Positions 39,795 through 52,722 of a DNA stretch of 56,890 bases are shown one piece after another (the first letter of the stretch is position 1; every line of letters begins with the position of its first letter). Source of the stretch: Nemertoderma westbladi (taxonomy: Eukaryota; Animalia; Xenacoelomorpha); assembly GCA_032718475.1 (NCBI GenBank), contig JAUCBJ010000780.1:1-56890 (forward strand), written 5' to 3'. The notes under the pieces are model-generated. The model saw only the letters and a list, made by a program, of their open reading frames with translations. It was not told the origin of the DNA and searched no databases. A program made the translations under genes and the position numbers.

Positions 39795-40409
39795 CAGCTG
39801 GCCCTATTGCATCATCCATCTCGTGTGCTTACATTGGGGTTTCCCTGTAGCTGTAAGTGGGCTTGTTGGCCCCTCTTACTGACTCGTTATTTCTCTGGGT
39901 TCAATATTGTTAAATTGGCTCCCTTCCCATCTTAGGTTGGAAATGGAGAGCGGAATGAATCCGCTTACAGGGGTCAAAATCGAAGTAAAATAGAGTACTC
40001 TGCCCGATTAAATAATCTTGTACTATAGGATTATTAATAAATCATTTATTGTGTATAATCTATTATTTTATATTGGCGCATTGGGGAGTCCCGAATATTT
40101 GGAATCAGTGTGATCAGCGCAAAGAGAACTTGATCAGTTATAATTAAAAATTGATGATTCAACCCAACTCGTTCTTTTTCCCTTTCGACTGCATTATCCA
40201 AATCCAACCACTTCCTGATCCAATATCCGGTGACTAGTATTGCTGAGATTCACAAACCCTCTCGAACTTACATCGGTGTTAGAAATAACGGCAAAAACAA
40301 AATAACGGAAATAACGGTTATAGTAATCAGTAATAAAGGTAATATCAATTACTACAGACAAATTAACTTTCATCAAAAATGTGTTAATAATATAGTTAGT
40401 TATATTGAA

Positions 40410-40547
40410 CTAAGAAAGTCCGTATTCCATGTCTGATATTCGCTTCATTTTGCGTTCTAGAAAGTTCTTCTTATCTTGTTCCTCCCTCGCCACTCCTCCC
40501 TTTACTCTTTTCCACTTCATTCTTCGATTCTGGAACCAAACTTTAAC
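40410..40547 (-). CDS. Mox: Mox/Meox homeobox gene, exon 3 (helix 3 and C-terminus); absent from the ORF track
   Basis: Acceptor TCTCTCTTTTCAG|GTT; hand translation VKVWFQNRRMKWKRVKGGVAREEQDKKNFLERKMKRISDMEYGLS*. KWKRVKGG matches MEOX proteins. Confidence 0.94.
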   Translation of the reverse strand, partial: VKVWFQNRRMKWKRVKGGVAREEQDKKNFLERKMKRISDMEYGLS

Positions 40548-41163
40548 CTGAAAAGAGAGACACAGTTAGTCTAATTAAGTTCAACGCTAAATAAATGTCA
40601 CAAATATTTTACAAAAAATTATTGTTACAATTTATAGAGTTACTTTAACAAGAAACAATACAAAAACAACAAAATAACAGTTTAAAAAATAAACAATACA
40701 TTTGGCCTAAACAATCAATTCAAAATAAATCAAATGATTTATGAAACGGTATAATTCAAATAGAAACTGAATTAAATAAATAATGATAATAATTTTTCTC
40801 AAAGAAAAAAAATTCCGGAACAAAGTAATGCGCTTCTGCTAATAAATATTCTGCTTATTCGATGGTTGAATCAGATAAACTGGATTTCCCTCCTTGTTTC
40901 CATTTATTTCCCTCCCCTGCCCCGCCTTTTTCCCCAAATTTTCCCTCCTTGTTTCCATTTATTTCCCTCCCCTGCCCTGCCTTTTTCCCCACATTTCCCC
41001 TTCTTGTACCTCATATTACCCTCCTATCCCCCATTTCTTTACTTACCTGTCTCTCAGACTAACTATGGTTAACTTTTTTCCTACTTTACCCTCCTACTTT
41101 CCTAGTATTTCCTTCCATTTTCCCACCCCTTTCTTCTTCTTTTATCCACCTTTTTCCACCTAC

Positions 41164-41327
41164 CTGCCGCTCAGATAAACTAAGTTTCTTTGAAAGCTCG
41201 AATCGACGTAATCTCGTCAAATAGTTATACGTTTCAAATTCGCTTTCCAGCTGTTCGATTTGGAATTTTGAAAAAGCAGTTCTATCCTTCCTTTTATTAA
41301 AAGCGTCGTTTTCGTTGTCATCGGCAT
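41164..41327 (-). CDS. Mox: Mox/Meox homeobox gene, exon 2 (homeodomain helices 1-2)
   Basis: [43 protein letters not shown]; NYLTRLRR is characteristic of Mox. Acceptor TTTTAG|AT, donor CAG|GTAGGT. Confidence 0.93.
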
Positions 41328-41463
41328 CTAAAACAATAAGAAAAATAATCAATAGATTATGTTTCCGTTGTTTAACAAAAATAAAGAAAGCGAGTGTTCT
41401 AGAATAATTAGAATACTTATCTTCTAAAACAATAATTATGTTATTACACGGAGTTGTATATAC

Positions 41464-44400
41464 TATTAGGTCGAGCGAACTCGGACAGTGGAAATGAGAT
41501 CCTTCCAGGCTTCCCGATTCTCCATAGTTGTCGCAATTTCGTTTCTCCCAAGTTCAGTATCCCTTTCAAGTTGATCTATATATGTTATCGCCGGTCGTCC
41601 ACGACTACGCTTTCCATGAGTTGGTTGCCAGAGAAGTAGATCTGGTATGACCTCGTCTTTACTTCTCCAGCAGTGCCCACTGAATCTTAATCTGCGTTCA
41701 CGGAGGGTGGTTGATACAGGTGGTATTGTACCATAAATCTCGGCGTTTGTCATGTGTTGTCTCCAGCTGATGTTTAGGGCTGCCCTTAATAGTCTTGTGT
41801 ACCAACCATCAATTCGTTGTTCAAGTGATTTAGTCAATGTCCAGGTCTCCCCCCCCGTATAAAAATACACTTTGCACTGTGGCTCGAAAGAACTTAGTCT
41901 TCAGGTGCCTGGAGAGATCTGATTTCCAGATGGTATCCATTTTTGATAGAGCTACCCAAGCCTTTGCTTTCCTAACTTCTATGTCCTTTTTGCTACTCTC
42001 TATCCATGATCCAAGGTACTGGAAGTCATCGACCTTCCTTAGTTGATTATTATCAATGGTTGTCAAGTTTCCATCAACATTAAAGGTCATGAATTCGGTC
42101 TTGGTAGCATTTATATGCAATCCAACCTCCTTAGCAGCCCTCTCCACTTTATTTAGTAGAAGCTGTGCATCTGCTAGCGTTTTAGAGAGCAGGGCGATGT
42201 CATTCGCAAAGTCGGTGTATGTGACTGTAGTTGCCGGATATCTACTACTTCTGCGTTCTTGAAGTGTGAATCCCAGATCTTCACCCTTTGTGGCCGTCCT
42301 CATTGCGTAATCCAGCACAATTACAAATAGTAATGGTGCTAATGTGTCACCTTGCAGTACGCCAGCCATGATTGAGAAAAACTCAGTTTCACCATCTGGT
42401 GAGAGTACCCGCGCTTCTGTGTTACAATATAACAATCCAATGCCAGCAACAATTACTTCTGGTATTCCATAAGCTCTTAGAATTTCAAGCATTTTACCTC
42501 TATAAATGGAGTCGAATGCCTTCTTGAAGTCCACAAAAGTCATGACTGCGGGGAGATTCTTTGAATTAATTCCTTCAATCAGTCTCTGTAGTGCAAGTAT
42601 CTGAGCTATTGTTGATCTACTTGGTCGAAATCCGTTTTGGCTCTTACGCAGTAGTTTCTTTATGTGAGGCCTAATCCTATATAGAATCATTTTATTGTAT
42701 ATTTTGACAGCTACCACAAGCAGACAGATCACACGATAGTTTGTTGGTATGCCGAGGTCTCCTTTCTTGGGGAGAGGCTTTAATTGACCTTTAGTCCAAA
42801 TTGGTGGTGGCTTTTCCCCTTTTAACATCCGGTTGCAAACATTCAATAATGGTCTGTTTAGCACTCCGGTTTTCCATACCTCAGCTGGGATTTCATCTAA
42901 TCCACTCGCTTTATTATTGGACATGCTTTTAATGCTTCTTTGGGAGTTCGGCAGGTGTGAAGTCCCCTGTTTCTATAGGTAGTGTCTTGTCATATATTTT
43001 CCTTGTAGGGCTGACCTCGATGTTTGGTGGCTGCCCAAGCAAGTTGCTGAAGTGATTTTTCCACTTCCCAACACGTTCTTCAAGACTATCGGCTTTGAGG
43101 CGCCCCTTTGCACAACTTTTCCGACCAGATACCTCATTTACAGTTTGCCAGGTAGTCTTGATTGTTGCTGTATATGTGAGCTGTTGTAATTGCTTCAGTT
43201 TTATCCTGTATGTACTTTTCCTGGCTGATGTTGTAGGCCAATTTAAAATCGTCCTTAGCTTTCTTAACCTTGTTAATGTTTTCGGTTGTTGGTAGTTCTG
43301 AGTTTCTCCCAGTCATAGTTGATTTGCTTGCTTGTCCTGGCTTTGCTGGCTCTCAAACTGAGTCTGATCTCTGCAGTCACAATTCTGTGGTCCGAACCAA
43401 TTACGTTGAACGAGCTGTATGTCTCGCAGTTTATCATGCTGTTTCTCCACTTTTTGTTTATGAGGATGTAATCCAGTTGTGCTTTGGTTCCATTAGGGTA
43501 TTGAAAGGTCCATAGCTTCCCCTTACTCTTTTCGAATGTGTTGTTTGTTGGTATCAATTCACATTCTTCCATTAGGTCTAAAAGTAAGTACCCATTTCTG
43601 TTAGAACTGGTGTTATAGGTGTAACCCTTGATGTCTTCTGGGCCAATTTGCGCATTCAGGTCACCAGCAAGGACTTTAACATTGTGTTTCGGAATGTCCT
43701 TAATAAGTCCAGTCAGTTCTTCATAAAACTTGACAACTTGTTCTGGCTCTGAGGCATTGGTTGGACTGTAGCAACATATAACTGTTGTCTTGGGATTCCC
43801 ATCAAATGTTGCGATCATAACCCCGGATTTTATAGATTCGATGTTGTTTAGGGTCTTAAGTGCAAGTGGGCTTAGCAGAATTCCTACTCCACCAATTGAT
43901 GCATTGACCGAATTTCTTACTGCTGAGCTTGTTACTAACGTTCATCCATTTCCAATGTCATTGTACTTCATGTCAGTGTCTTCATGACAAATCCGATGTT
44001 CTTGGATGCAGATGATGTCGATGTTATATTCCATTGCCTACTACTACTACTACTACTAGGATCGGCATGCTGTATTGCAGCTGCATTTTTAAGAATGCGG
44101 TGCCGGCTTATCGACAAAATTGCACCGCCACAACTCCCTATCACCCATGACATTTGCTAGATCATCCGCATCTTCAAGGCCAGTGTCCTTTAAAATGCGT
44201 CTCAAGAAAGTCATGGGCTGTCCACCATGCTTATTCACTCCATGAGGCTGCCAAAGTACAAGATTATGCACTGGCTGGATTTCACGGCGAAAGCAATGTC
44301 CTGCAAAGCGGATGCGATTTTGTTCTAGTGTCAAGCTGGGGGGAACCAATGAGACACCTCCAATGTTATATAGTGTCTGGTTGGAGATGTGTGCATTGTA

Positions 44401-45359
44401 CTTGACACAATGAACCCGGCGTAGCATTCTTGTGAATGAGCCATCTAGAGATTTGGTGTCCTCAGCAGTTAGAGCCCAGCATGGACTCCCATAGAAGACT
44501 ACTGGAACTACTGCTGCTCTAAATAATCGGACCTTAAGTTTCCGATTAATTCTCGGTGACTTCCAAATCCTGGAAAGCCTATTCAACGCTGCCCATGCCT
44601 TTCCCTTACGTATTCGATGTTTTATTCCATTGCCAGAACGACCATGTCACCCTGTTTGGTAAGTGCTTTCAGCGTGCGTGCGTTCATTGTAGCAATCTTT
44701 AGTGTCTTTTTACATTTCAACAGGTTGGTTCTTCTTTCTTCTCTGTCTTCTGTTCCAGTAGCCAATTTATCGACCCCAGCCTGGTGTACCACTGAGGGAC
44801 GAGGTCCTTGTTGACCCGGGCGACGACCGAGCCGGTATTTCTCCTGGAGGGTTCTCATACTCATATCTTTCAGTTGCGGGAGTAAACCGCTTGTGGTCGC
44901 AACTCCTACAAGCGTCTTCGCAGTCGGTCGCCGTTGGTTGATTACCTTCCGCCGACCTTGTCAGCATGTCTATAGCCGTTGGTTGATTACCTTCCGCCTA
45001 TCCATTGCCTACAGCCCTGCTGCCGACTGTAGGGGTTCATTTGTTACACCCTGAACCAAGTGTGCCTCCTGGGTTAGGTAACCTAACACTGGTAGAGGAA
45101 CATCCAGTATAGACAGAGCGGGGCGTGTATCATCTCTAATGCAGATGCGTATCAAGCCTTTGCCTTCAATGGTGCCCTAGGCGCTATAGCCCTCAATGAC
45201 TTATTTAGTTGACGGGGCTAAACCAACCCACTCTTGATCAACTAAATAATGAATAGGCTATGCTTATCGGGCCTGCCCTACTGGGCTGGCAGCTACAGGT
45301 AGTACCACATTACTGCCATAGTGGTGGCAGGATCTGGGGACCTGACCTGACCTCCTGTA
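41464..45359 (-). mobile_element. Near full-length RTE-type non-LTR retrotransposon (APE endonuclease + RT), frameshifted, in Mox intron 1
   Basis: KIATMNARTL, CYSPT, GDLNA, LDYIL, SDH (APE); KASGLDEIPAE, QNGFR, FVDFKKAFD, GVLQGDTLAP, FAND(D) (RT). Candidate TSD TGTATATAC at 41455-41463 and 45360-45368. Confidence 0.88.
44039..44613 (-). mobile_element. 5'-truncated LINE (family 'B', RTE-like C-terminus) nested in the endonuclease region of the RTE element
   Basis: (TAG)n tail; ORF IWKSPRINRKLKVRLFRAAVVPVVFYG...RIRFAGHC. Direct repeats TCGATGTT(A/T)TATTCCATTGCC at 44018-44038 and 44614-44634. Confidence 0.9.
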
Positions 45360-45431
45360 TGTATATACCGGTATAATGTATATATATTAGTATCAGAGGA
45401 CGGAGTCTGGTTTAACAGTGCCTGAAACAGT

Positions 45432-45657
45432 TATATATAAAAATAAACACGTAAACATTACAGTCTTACGTCTTACACCCCACAAAACTAACATAAAAAT
45501 AAACAGGTAAACATTAGAGTCTTACACCCTACAAAACGAACGAAAACGTAGAATCAGGACAAACAAAATAGCCTTAAAAATGTCCTGATTCTATGTTTTT
45601 TGTTAGTTTTGTTGGGTGTAAGACTGTAATGTTTACATGATTATTTTTATATATATA
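45432..45657. mobile_element. Foldback/MITE-like inverted repeat
   Basis: TATATAAAAATAAACACGTAAACATTACAGTCTTAC...TAGAATCAGGACA is mirrored by TGTCCTGATTCTA...GTAAGACTGTAATGTTTACATGATTATTTTTATATA. Confidence 0.75.
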
Positions 45658-46107
45658 CAGCTTGCCCCCTGTTTAGTCAGTATGTCGCGTGTGGCCATTA
45701 ATTATAATTGAAACAGTTATGTGTTGCCAGAAATAATTAAATGTTAAACAAAAATGTATGAATGTTTACATTTCAAGAGCAATTAAAATGTTTGCCTCTG
45801 AGAACAACACAATAATAATTGTTCGTTCTAGAACAATAATTCCTTCTTCAACAATAATTCGTTCTAGAACAATAATAATTCGTTCTAGAACAATAATTCG
45901 TTTTAGATCAATATAAATTTTCCGTACTAGAACAATACCGATTTATTATTTTATTGCGTTGTATTTTTCGTTCTAGAACAATAAGAACGAAATTTATCAG
46001 AATGCGTCATATGGGGGGTATCTTGTGTACTACCGGTACAGTATAAACTAACCATCCTACTGGCGTAGCCGAGGTATTTGTGTACTACCGGTACAATATG
46101 AACTAAC

Positions 46108-47071
46108 CCTCATATTCTAAGTTATCCGAAACATCGAGGTTCCTATTCGTGATGGCAACGGGATATATCAACTGCGTTGCTGTAGCAACCCCATTGACAA
46201 CATTTACCATTTGTATACCACAATTTGGAATAGGTTGTTGGTCCGGCGGATTCCTCTCCTCCATCCAAACTGAATCGCAATTTGTATCCAAGGCAATAAA
46301 TTGATCATTTGAAGGTGCCGTAATGGAACCATTGAAAATATTGTTGTTATTGATTTCTGAAAAATTTTCGCAACTAAAAATTGGAAAGTTCGCAGAATTT
46401 GGAATTCCATCAGCGCAGTAATCATCAATCTGATTAAATTCGTTAGTATTTATAGAATAACTGTTATATATTTGGGTATTGCAACCTTGCTGAGTTTCAG
46501 TGTTACAATTAGGTACCGGTAGCAAATCTACATAACTGCAACCATTAAAACCAATGTCGTTGCCATAGCAACCACCTGCAAAACCATCTGATAATAGGCC
46601 ATCGTTTACAGATAAATCATTGTGATTGGGCGCCATGAATTCCCGTTCGCCTTCATTATTATTTTCTATATTACATAAACCACCCATATCATCATAGCTA
46701 CCATACGTGTTGTCTTGGTTATGATTATAAGTTTGTTCTAGAATATCCCAGAAATTATTCCCAATGTTTGTATCTTCGTTTATAGTTTGTATCCAAGGTA
46801 ACGGTAAATCCCTGTCGCAGTCTGAGAATACCCCATTGTTATTGTTGACATGACAACTCGCCAACCAATCGCACTCCGTATCCATGGAAGGGGAATCCTG
46901 GCATTCTATGTCATTGAATTTCGTACTCAGATCCACGTCATAACCATTAATGGTTACGTCACTAAGATCCACGTCGTAACCATTAATGATGACGTCACAG
47001 GCGTCCAGTATAACCGATGAAGTTTCGGCGAAGGGAAAATATTCTTCGTTGTAAGAAATTGAGTCCTCCAT
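46108..47071 (-). CDS. Mox: Mox/Meox homeobox gene, probable exon 1 (long acidic, Asn/Asp-rich N-terminus)
   Basis: 322-aa ATG-initiated ORF ending in a phase-1 donor GAG G|GTTAGT, which matches the phase-1 acceptor at 41327. No recognisable domain in this exon, so the link is inferred. Confidence 0.72.
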
Positions 47072-47091
47072 AACAAACTGGGAAGCGGTTG

Positions 47092-47460
47092 TATATATAG
47101 GCCTGCTATACTGTATATGTAGGCCTACTATACTGCATATATAGGCCTACTATATAATTATATATACTGCATATATGGGCCTACTATACTGCATATATAG
47201 GCCTACTATATAATTATATATACTGCATATATGGGCCTACTATACTGTATATATATGCCTACTATACTGCATATATAGGCCTACTACACTGTATAGGTAT
47301 GTAGGCCTACTATATAATTATATATACTGCATATATGGACCTACTATACTGTATATATAGGTATGTAGGCCTACTATATAATTATATATACTGCATATAT
47401 GGGCCTGCTATACTGTATATGTAGTCCTACTATACTGCATATATAGGTATACATATATAG
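47092..47460. repeat. Degenerate AT-rich ~22-bp repeat immediately upstream of the Mox ATG
   Basis: TAGGCCTACTATACTGCATATA variants. Confidence 0.88.
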
Positions 47461-47463
47461 CAT

Positions 47464-50233
47464 AGTGAATAATCATGTTTTGACTTGGGCAAACTTTGTC
47501 AGTGAATAATCGTGTTTCGACTTGGGTAAACTTTGTCAGTGAATACTCGTGTTTCGACTTTGGTAAACTTTGTCAGTGAATACTCGTGTTTCGACTTTGG
47601 TAAACTTTGTCAGTGAATAATCATGTTTTGACTTGGGCAAACTTTGTCAGTGAATAATCGTGTTTCGACTTGGGTAAACTTTATCAGTGAATACTCGTGT
47701 TTCGACTTTGGTAAACTTTGTCAGTGAATACTCGTGTTTCGACTTTGGTAAACTTTGTCAGTGAATAATCGTGTTTTGAATTGGGTAAACTTTGTCAGTG
47801 AATAATCGTGTTTCGACTTGGGTAAACTTTTTCAGTGAATACTCGTGTTTCGACTTTGGTAAACTTTGTCAGTGAATAATCGTGTTTTGAATTGGGTAAA
47901 CTTTGTCAGTTAATAATCGTGTTTTGACTTGGGCAAACTTTGTCAGTGAATACTCGTGTTTCGATTTTGGTAAACTTTGTCAGTGAATACTCGTGTTTCG
48001 ACTTTGGTAAACTTTGTCAGTGAATAATCGTGTTTTGAATTGGGTAAACTTTGTCAGTTAATAATCGTGTTTTGACTTGGGTAAACGTTGTCAGTGAATA
48101 CTCGTGTTTCGACTTTGGTAAACTTTGTCAGTGAATAATCGTGTTTTGAATTGGGTAAACTTTGTCAGTTAATAATCGTGTTTTGACTTGGGTAAACGTT
48201 GTCAGTGAATACTCGTGTTTCGACTTTGGTAAACTTTGTCAGTGAATAATCGTGTTTTGAATTGGGTAAACTTTGTCAGTTAATAATCGTGTTTTGACTT
48301 GGGCAAACTTTGTCAGTGAATACTCGTGTTTCGACTTTGGTAAACTTTGTCAGTGAATACTCGTGTTTCGACTTTGGTAAACTTTGTCAGTGAATAATCG
48401 TGTTTTGAATTGGGTAAACTTTGTCAGTTAATAATCGTGTTTTGACTTGGGTAAACTTTGTCAGTGAATAATCGTGTTTCGACTTGGGTAAACTTTGTCA
48501 GTGAATACTCGTGTTTCGACTTTGGTAAACTTTGTCAGTGAATAATCGTGTTTCGACTTGGGTAAACTTTGTCAGTGAATACTCGTGTTTCGACTTTGGT
48601 AAACTTTGTCAGTGAATAATCGTGTTTTGAATTGGGTAAACTTTGTCAGTTAATAATCGTGTTTTGACTTGGGCAAACTTTGTCAGTGAATACTCGTGTT
48701 TCGACTTTGGTAACCTTTGTCAGTGAATAATCGTGTTTTGAATTGGGTAAACTTTGTCAGTTAATAATCGTGTTTTGACTTGGGCAAACTTTGTCAGTGA
48801 ATACTCGTGTTTCGACTTTGGTAAACTTTGTCAGTGAATACTCGTGTTTCGACTTTGGTAAACTTTGTCAGTGAATAATCGTGTTTTGAATTGGGTAAAC
48901 TTTGTCAGTTAATAATCGTGTTTTGACTTGGGTAAACTTTGTCAGTGAATAATCGTGTTTCGACTTGGGTAAACTTTGTCAGTGAATACTCGTGTTTCGA
49001 CTTTGGTAAACTTTGTCAGTGAATAATCGTGTTTTGAATTGGGTAAACTTTGTCAGTTAATAATCGTGTTTTGACTTGGGCAAACTTTGTCAGTGAATAC
49101 TCGTGTTTCGACTTTGGTAAACTTTGTCAGTGAATAATCGTGTTTTGAATTGGGTAAACTTTGTCAGTTAATAATCGTGTTTTGACTTGGGTAAACTTTG
49201 TCAGTGAATACTCGTGCTTTGACTTGGTTAAACTATGGCAGTGAATACTCGTGTTTCGACTTTGGTAAACTTTGTCAGTGAATAATCGTGTTTTGAATTG
49301 GGTATACTTTGTCAGTTAATAATCGTGTTTTGACTTGGGTAAACTTTGTCAGTGAATACTCGTGTTTTGACTTGGTTAAACTATGGCAGCGAATACTCGT
49401 GTTTCGACTTTGGTAAACTTTGTAAGTGAATAATCGTGCTTTGACTTGGGTAAACTTTGTCAGTGAATAATCGTGTTTTGACTTGGTTAAACTATGGCAG
49501 TGAATACTCGTGTTTCGACTTTGGTAAACTTTGTCAGTGAATAATCGTATTTTTACTTGGGTAAACTTTGTCAGTTAATAATCGTGTTTTGACTTTGGTA
49601 AACTTTGTCAGAGAATAATCGTGTTTTGTGGCGGCGCAATTTTGTCGACAAGCCGGCACATCATTCTTAAAAATGCAGCTGCATTACAGCATGCCGATCC
49701 TAGTAGTAGTAGTAGTAGTGTTCTGACTTGGTTAAACTATGGCAGTGAATACTCGTGTTTCGACTTTGGTAAACTTTGTAAGTGAATAATCGTGTTTTGA
49801 CTTGGGTAAACTTTGTCAGTGAATAATCGTGTTTTGACTTGGTTAAACTATGGCAGTGAATACTCGTGTTTCGACTTTGGTAAACTATGCCAGTGAATAC
49901 ACGTGTTTCGACTTGAGTAAACTTTGTCAGGGTATAATCGTGTTTTGACTTGGTTAAACTATGGCAGTAAATACTCGTGTTTCTACTTTGGTAAACTATG
50001 TTAGTGGATAATCATGTTTAGGCTTGGGTAAACTTTGTCAGTGAATAATCGTGTTTTGACTTGGTTAAACTATGTTAGTGAATAATCTTGTTTAAGTGAA
50101 TAATCGTGTTTTGACTTGGGTAAACTTTGTCAGTGAATAATCGTGTTTTAACTTGGTTAAATAATGGCAGTGAATACTCGTGTTTCGACTTTGGTAAACT
50201 TCGTCAGTGTATAATCGTGTTTAGACTTGGGTA
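47464..50233. repeat. 37-bp satellite, ~70 copies, with alternating variants
   Basis: Units CAGTGAATAATCGTGTTTTGACTTGGGTAAACTTTGT and CAGTGAATACTCGTGTTTCGACTTTGGTAAACTTTGT. Confidence 0.98.
49627..49719 (+). mobile_element. Short 3' fragment of LINE family 'B' inserted in the 37-bp satellite
   Basis: Reverse complement of ~44039-44132; ends in (TAG)6. Confidence 0.88.
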
Positions 50234-51349
50234 ATATGTGACATATATATTCGTCCATCTCTTAATAATAAAATTATGTTTTAATTAATTGATATACAAA
50301 ATATCAAGACAAACAGACATACCGACAGACACACAGAAAATACAACTTTTAGGAGTTTAGTCCCAGAATAGCCCGATGGTAGATGTGGCAGCAGTTCCCA
50401 TCACAGATGCCGCATTGCCAAAAGAAATAATTTTGGTTCTATTAAATTCTATAAATTTGGTTCTATTGAAAAATCTGGAGACAGAAACATCATTTAGTTA
50501 CAGGCGTCACTGTTATTCCGCACTTAATACATATTATTTACAAATTAATTGTTAGTTTATTTATTTGTTATTATAATAAAGCTACAGAAACATTACAGGA
50601 ATTATTAATATTTAATCCTAAACTAATGGACTGGAATTACTTTTATTATACATAAGCAACCCCCCCCCCCCCCCCCCCCCATACACAGAAGCTTCGTGGA
50701 ACACGTGTTAGGCAGGTGCCTACACTGCCAAGGCGTGTCGAAATGTTTTAGAGCCCTTGACTGAGTTGTTAACAACCGAACTATACGCGCTAGTGTCCTA
50801 CGTGTAAAGTATACTCACAGTGGGAGGTTGTCACTTACACCTTGGTACTTTACATAGGTTATTACTATACACATAATATTTCTTTACTCCAGTTCCACAC
50901 TTATCGCACACTTACCATATAACACCCACCGCACCAAGTCCTGGAATATAGTTTCTGACATCACCTTACACAATAATAATCCTATTCCCCTAACTTTTCT
51001 ACTACAAAGATTTGTGATATTGTATGTCTTTTGAAATAGACTTACATAAATAGTTACAGTCCCGCTCGCCAACAGAGTGCCATCGGATCCGTATACTTTT
51101 CTGTCACGTTTTGGAATGATTATTTTTAAAGCGACACACTGCAAAAAACGGCGAATACAGCCTCGACAATATGGCAATTAAGCATCTCTATTTTTTTCTC
51201 TGGGCGTAACAATAATTATTTACTTCCTAGCCTTACAAATGATATTAGATATGGAGTAGATAACGTGGAGAGTTTGTTTTCAGATATAATGCGAATGTTA
51301 ATCATTCGTCATAAATCACACTCGAATAAATGGAATAAATAAATCGAAT

Positions 51350-51940
51350 AAATGTGCCAAAATGGGCTCCATGGTCCCACGACCTTTACGGAACCCATTC
51401 TGATTTCCAAGGAGCAGTCTCTCAATGGGATGCCTGATGCGATTTAATAGAATTCTATTGTATAGCTTTGCAGCAATCAATAACATTGAGATTCCTCGAA
51501 AAGAACCATAGAGTGTTAGGTTGCCCTTCTTGGGAACTGGCACCAACTTATTTGTTTTAATTTCTTGTGGGACTCTTGTTGTTCGGTACATGTCTACTAT
51601 GATGGGATAGATGAGCTTTAAACACTCGGTATTTTAAAGACCTCAGGGGGAACACCATCTACTCCACTGGCATGATTGGTCTTAATGCTATTTGCAGCAG
51701 CCTTCACTTCTGCAAAGGAGATATCGCCAATGGGAATATCTGGGAGTACAGACTCAGACACTTTTACTTCTATAAAGTTATCAGGCAATACCCTGTCATT
51801 ATTGAGGAGCTTTTCAAAGTGGGCCTACCAACCAATATTGAGGCGATCGGCTGGTGATTCTGCCTTAACCTTGGTGGTTGGTTGGCTTTTTCACCGAGTA
51901 AGCAAGTTGACCGATTTCCATGCCTGGGATGAATGCTCGG
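51350..51940 (-). mobile_element. Degenerate RTE-like LINE RT fragment
   Basis: LVPVPKKGNL...FRGISML...KLYNRILLNRI...NQNGFRKGRGT. Confidence 0.8.
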
Positions 51941-51949
51941 TCCCCTATG

Positions 51950-52121
51950 ATGCCCGGTCAAAACACTCGGAGTGACACTTGATAGCGATCTCAGAATGAA
52001 TACTCACGTTAACAACATAATTCGCATACTTAATTATCACCTGAGGAACATAAGGCGCATTCGTAAACACCTTTCCACTGAAAACGCAAAGAAATTAGTA
52101 AACGCCCTTATAGTCTCATGT
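51950..52121 (+). mobile_element. L2/CR1-group LINE fragment
   Basis: LGVTLDSDLRMNTHVNNIIRILNYHLRNIRRIRKHLSTENAKKLVNALIVS; similarity stops abruptly at ~52121. Confidence 0.8.
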
Positions 52122-52722
52122 TGTGAGCGGATTCAATTCCGCCTCACCAACCCCCATAAAGTTGGGAAGTGCCGCCTTTCAGCAATATTGGGAAGCACGA
52201 GGTTGATTACCAATCAACCACGTATCACCCCAATAAACGGGGATGACAAACCCCAAAGGGCCGCACACAAAGGAGGTCAGAGGTTAAACCTCCGGGAGGG
52301 GAAAGTAACAGCAGTGGGGGGGGGGGGGGGGGGGGGAAACACTCGCACAGAGTTGAGGGCGAGAATTAGGTTATCGGCCAATAGGAGCCAAGAAACGCAT
52401 CCGCTGAGTACAATGACCATAGGTAATGTAGGTATATAATATTACCGGTCAGTGCCCAACATTCAGTTATCTCAGTTGCTCAGGGCAGTACGGCAACACT
52501 TTACACCGTCATCGCCGTCACCAGTTATTGTATTTTACTGGTACATTCAGTTATCTCAATTTATCTCATGCTATCTGTTATTGCACTATTATTGTATACT
52601 ATATTTCACCACTTGTGAAGAATATTGGAACAACAAACTAACTATATCTTTTCCATCGAACGGTGCAGCCCTTGACGCGTAAATAAACTCAAACTCGGTC
52701 GGGATCCTCTGATCCCGTCACA
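52122..52722 (+). mobile_element. Putative LTR of a second LTR element
   Basis: TGTGAGCGGAT ... ATCCCGTCACA imperfect inverted termini, AATAAA near the 3' end, and a start exactly where the L2 fragment breaks. No TSD is visible. Confidence 0.5.

Noticed and set aside
40862-41178. Pro/Phe-rich ORFs
   Set aside because: Low-complexity pyrimidine tract with a local duplication inside Mox intron 2.
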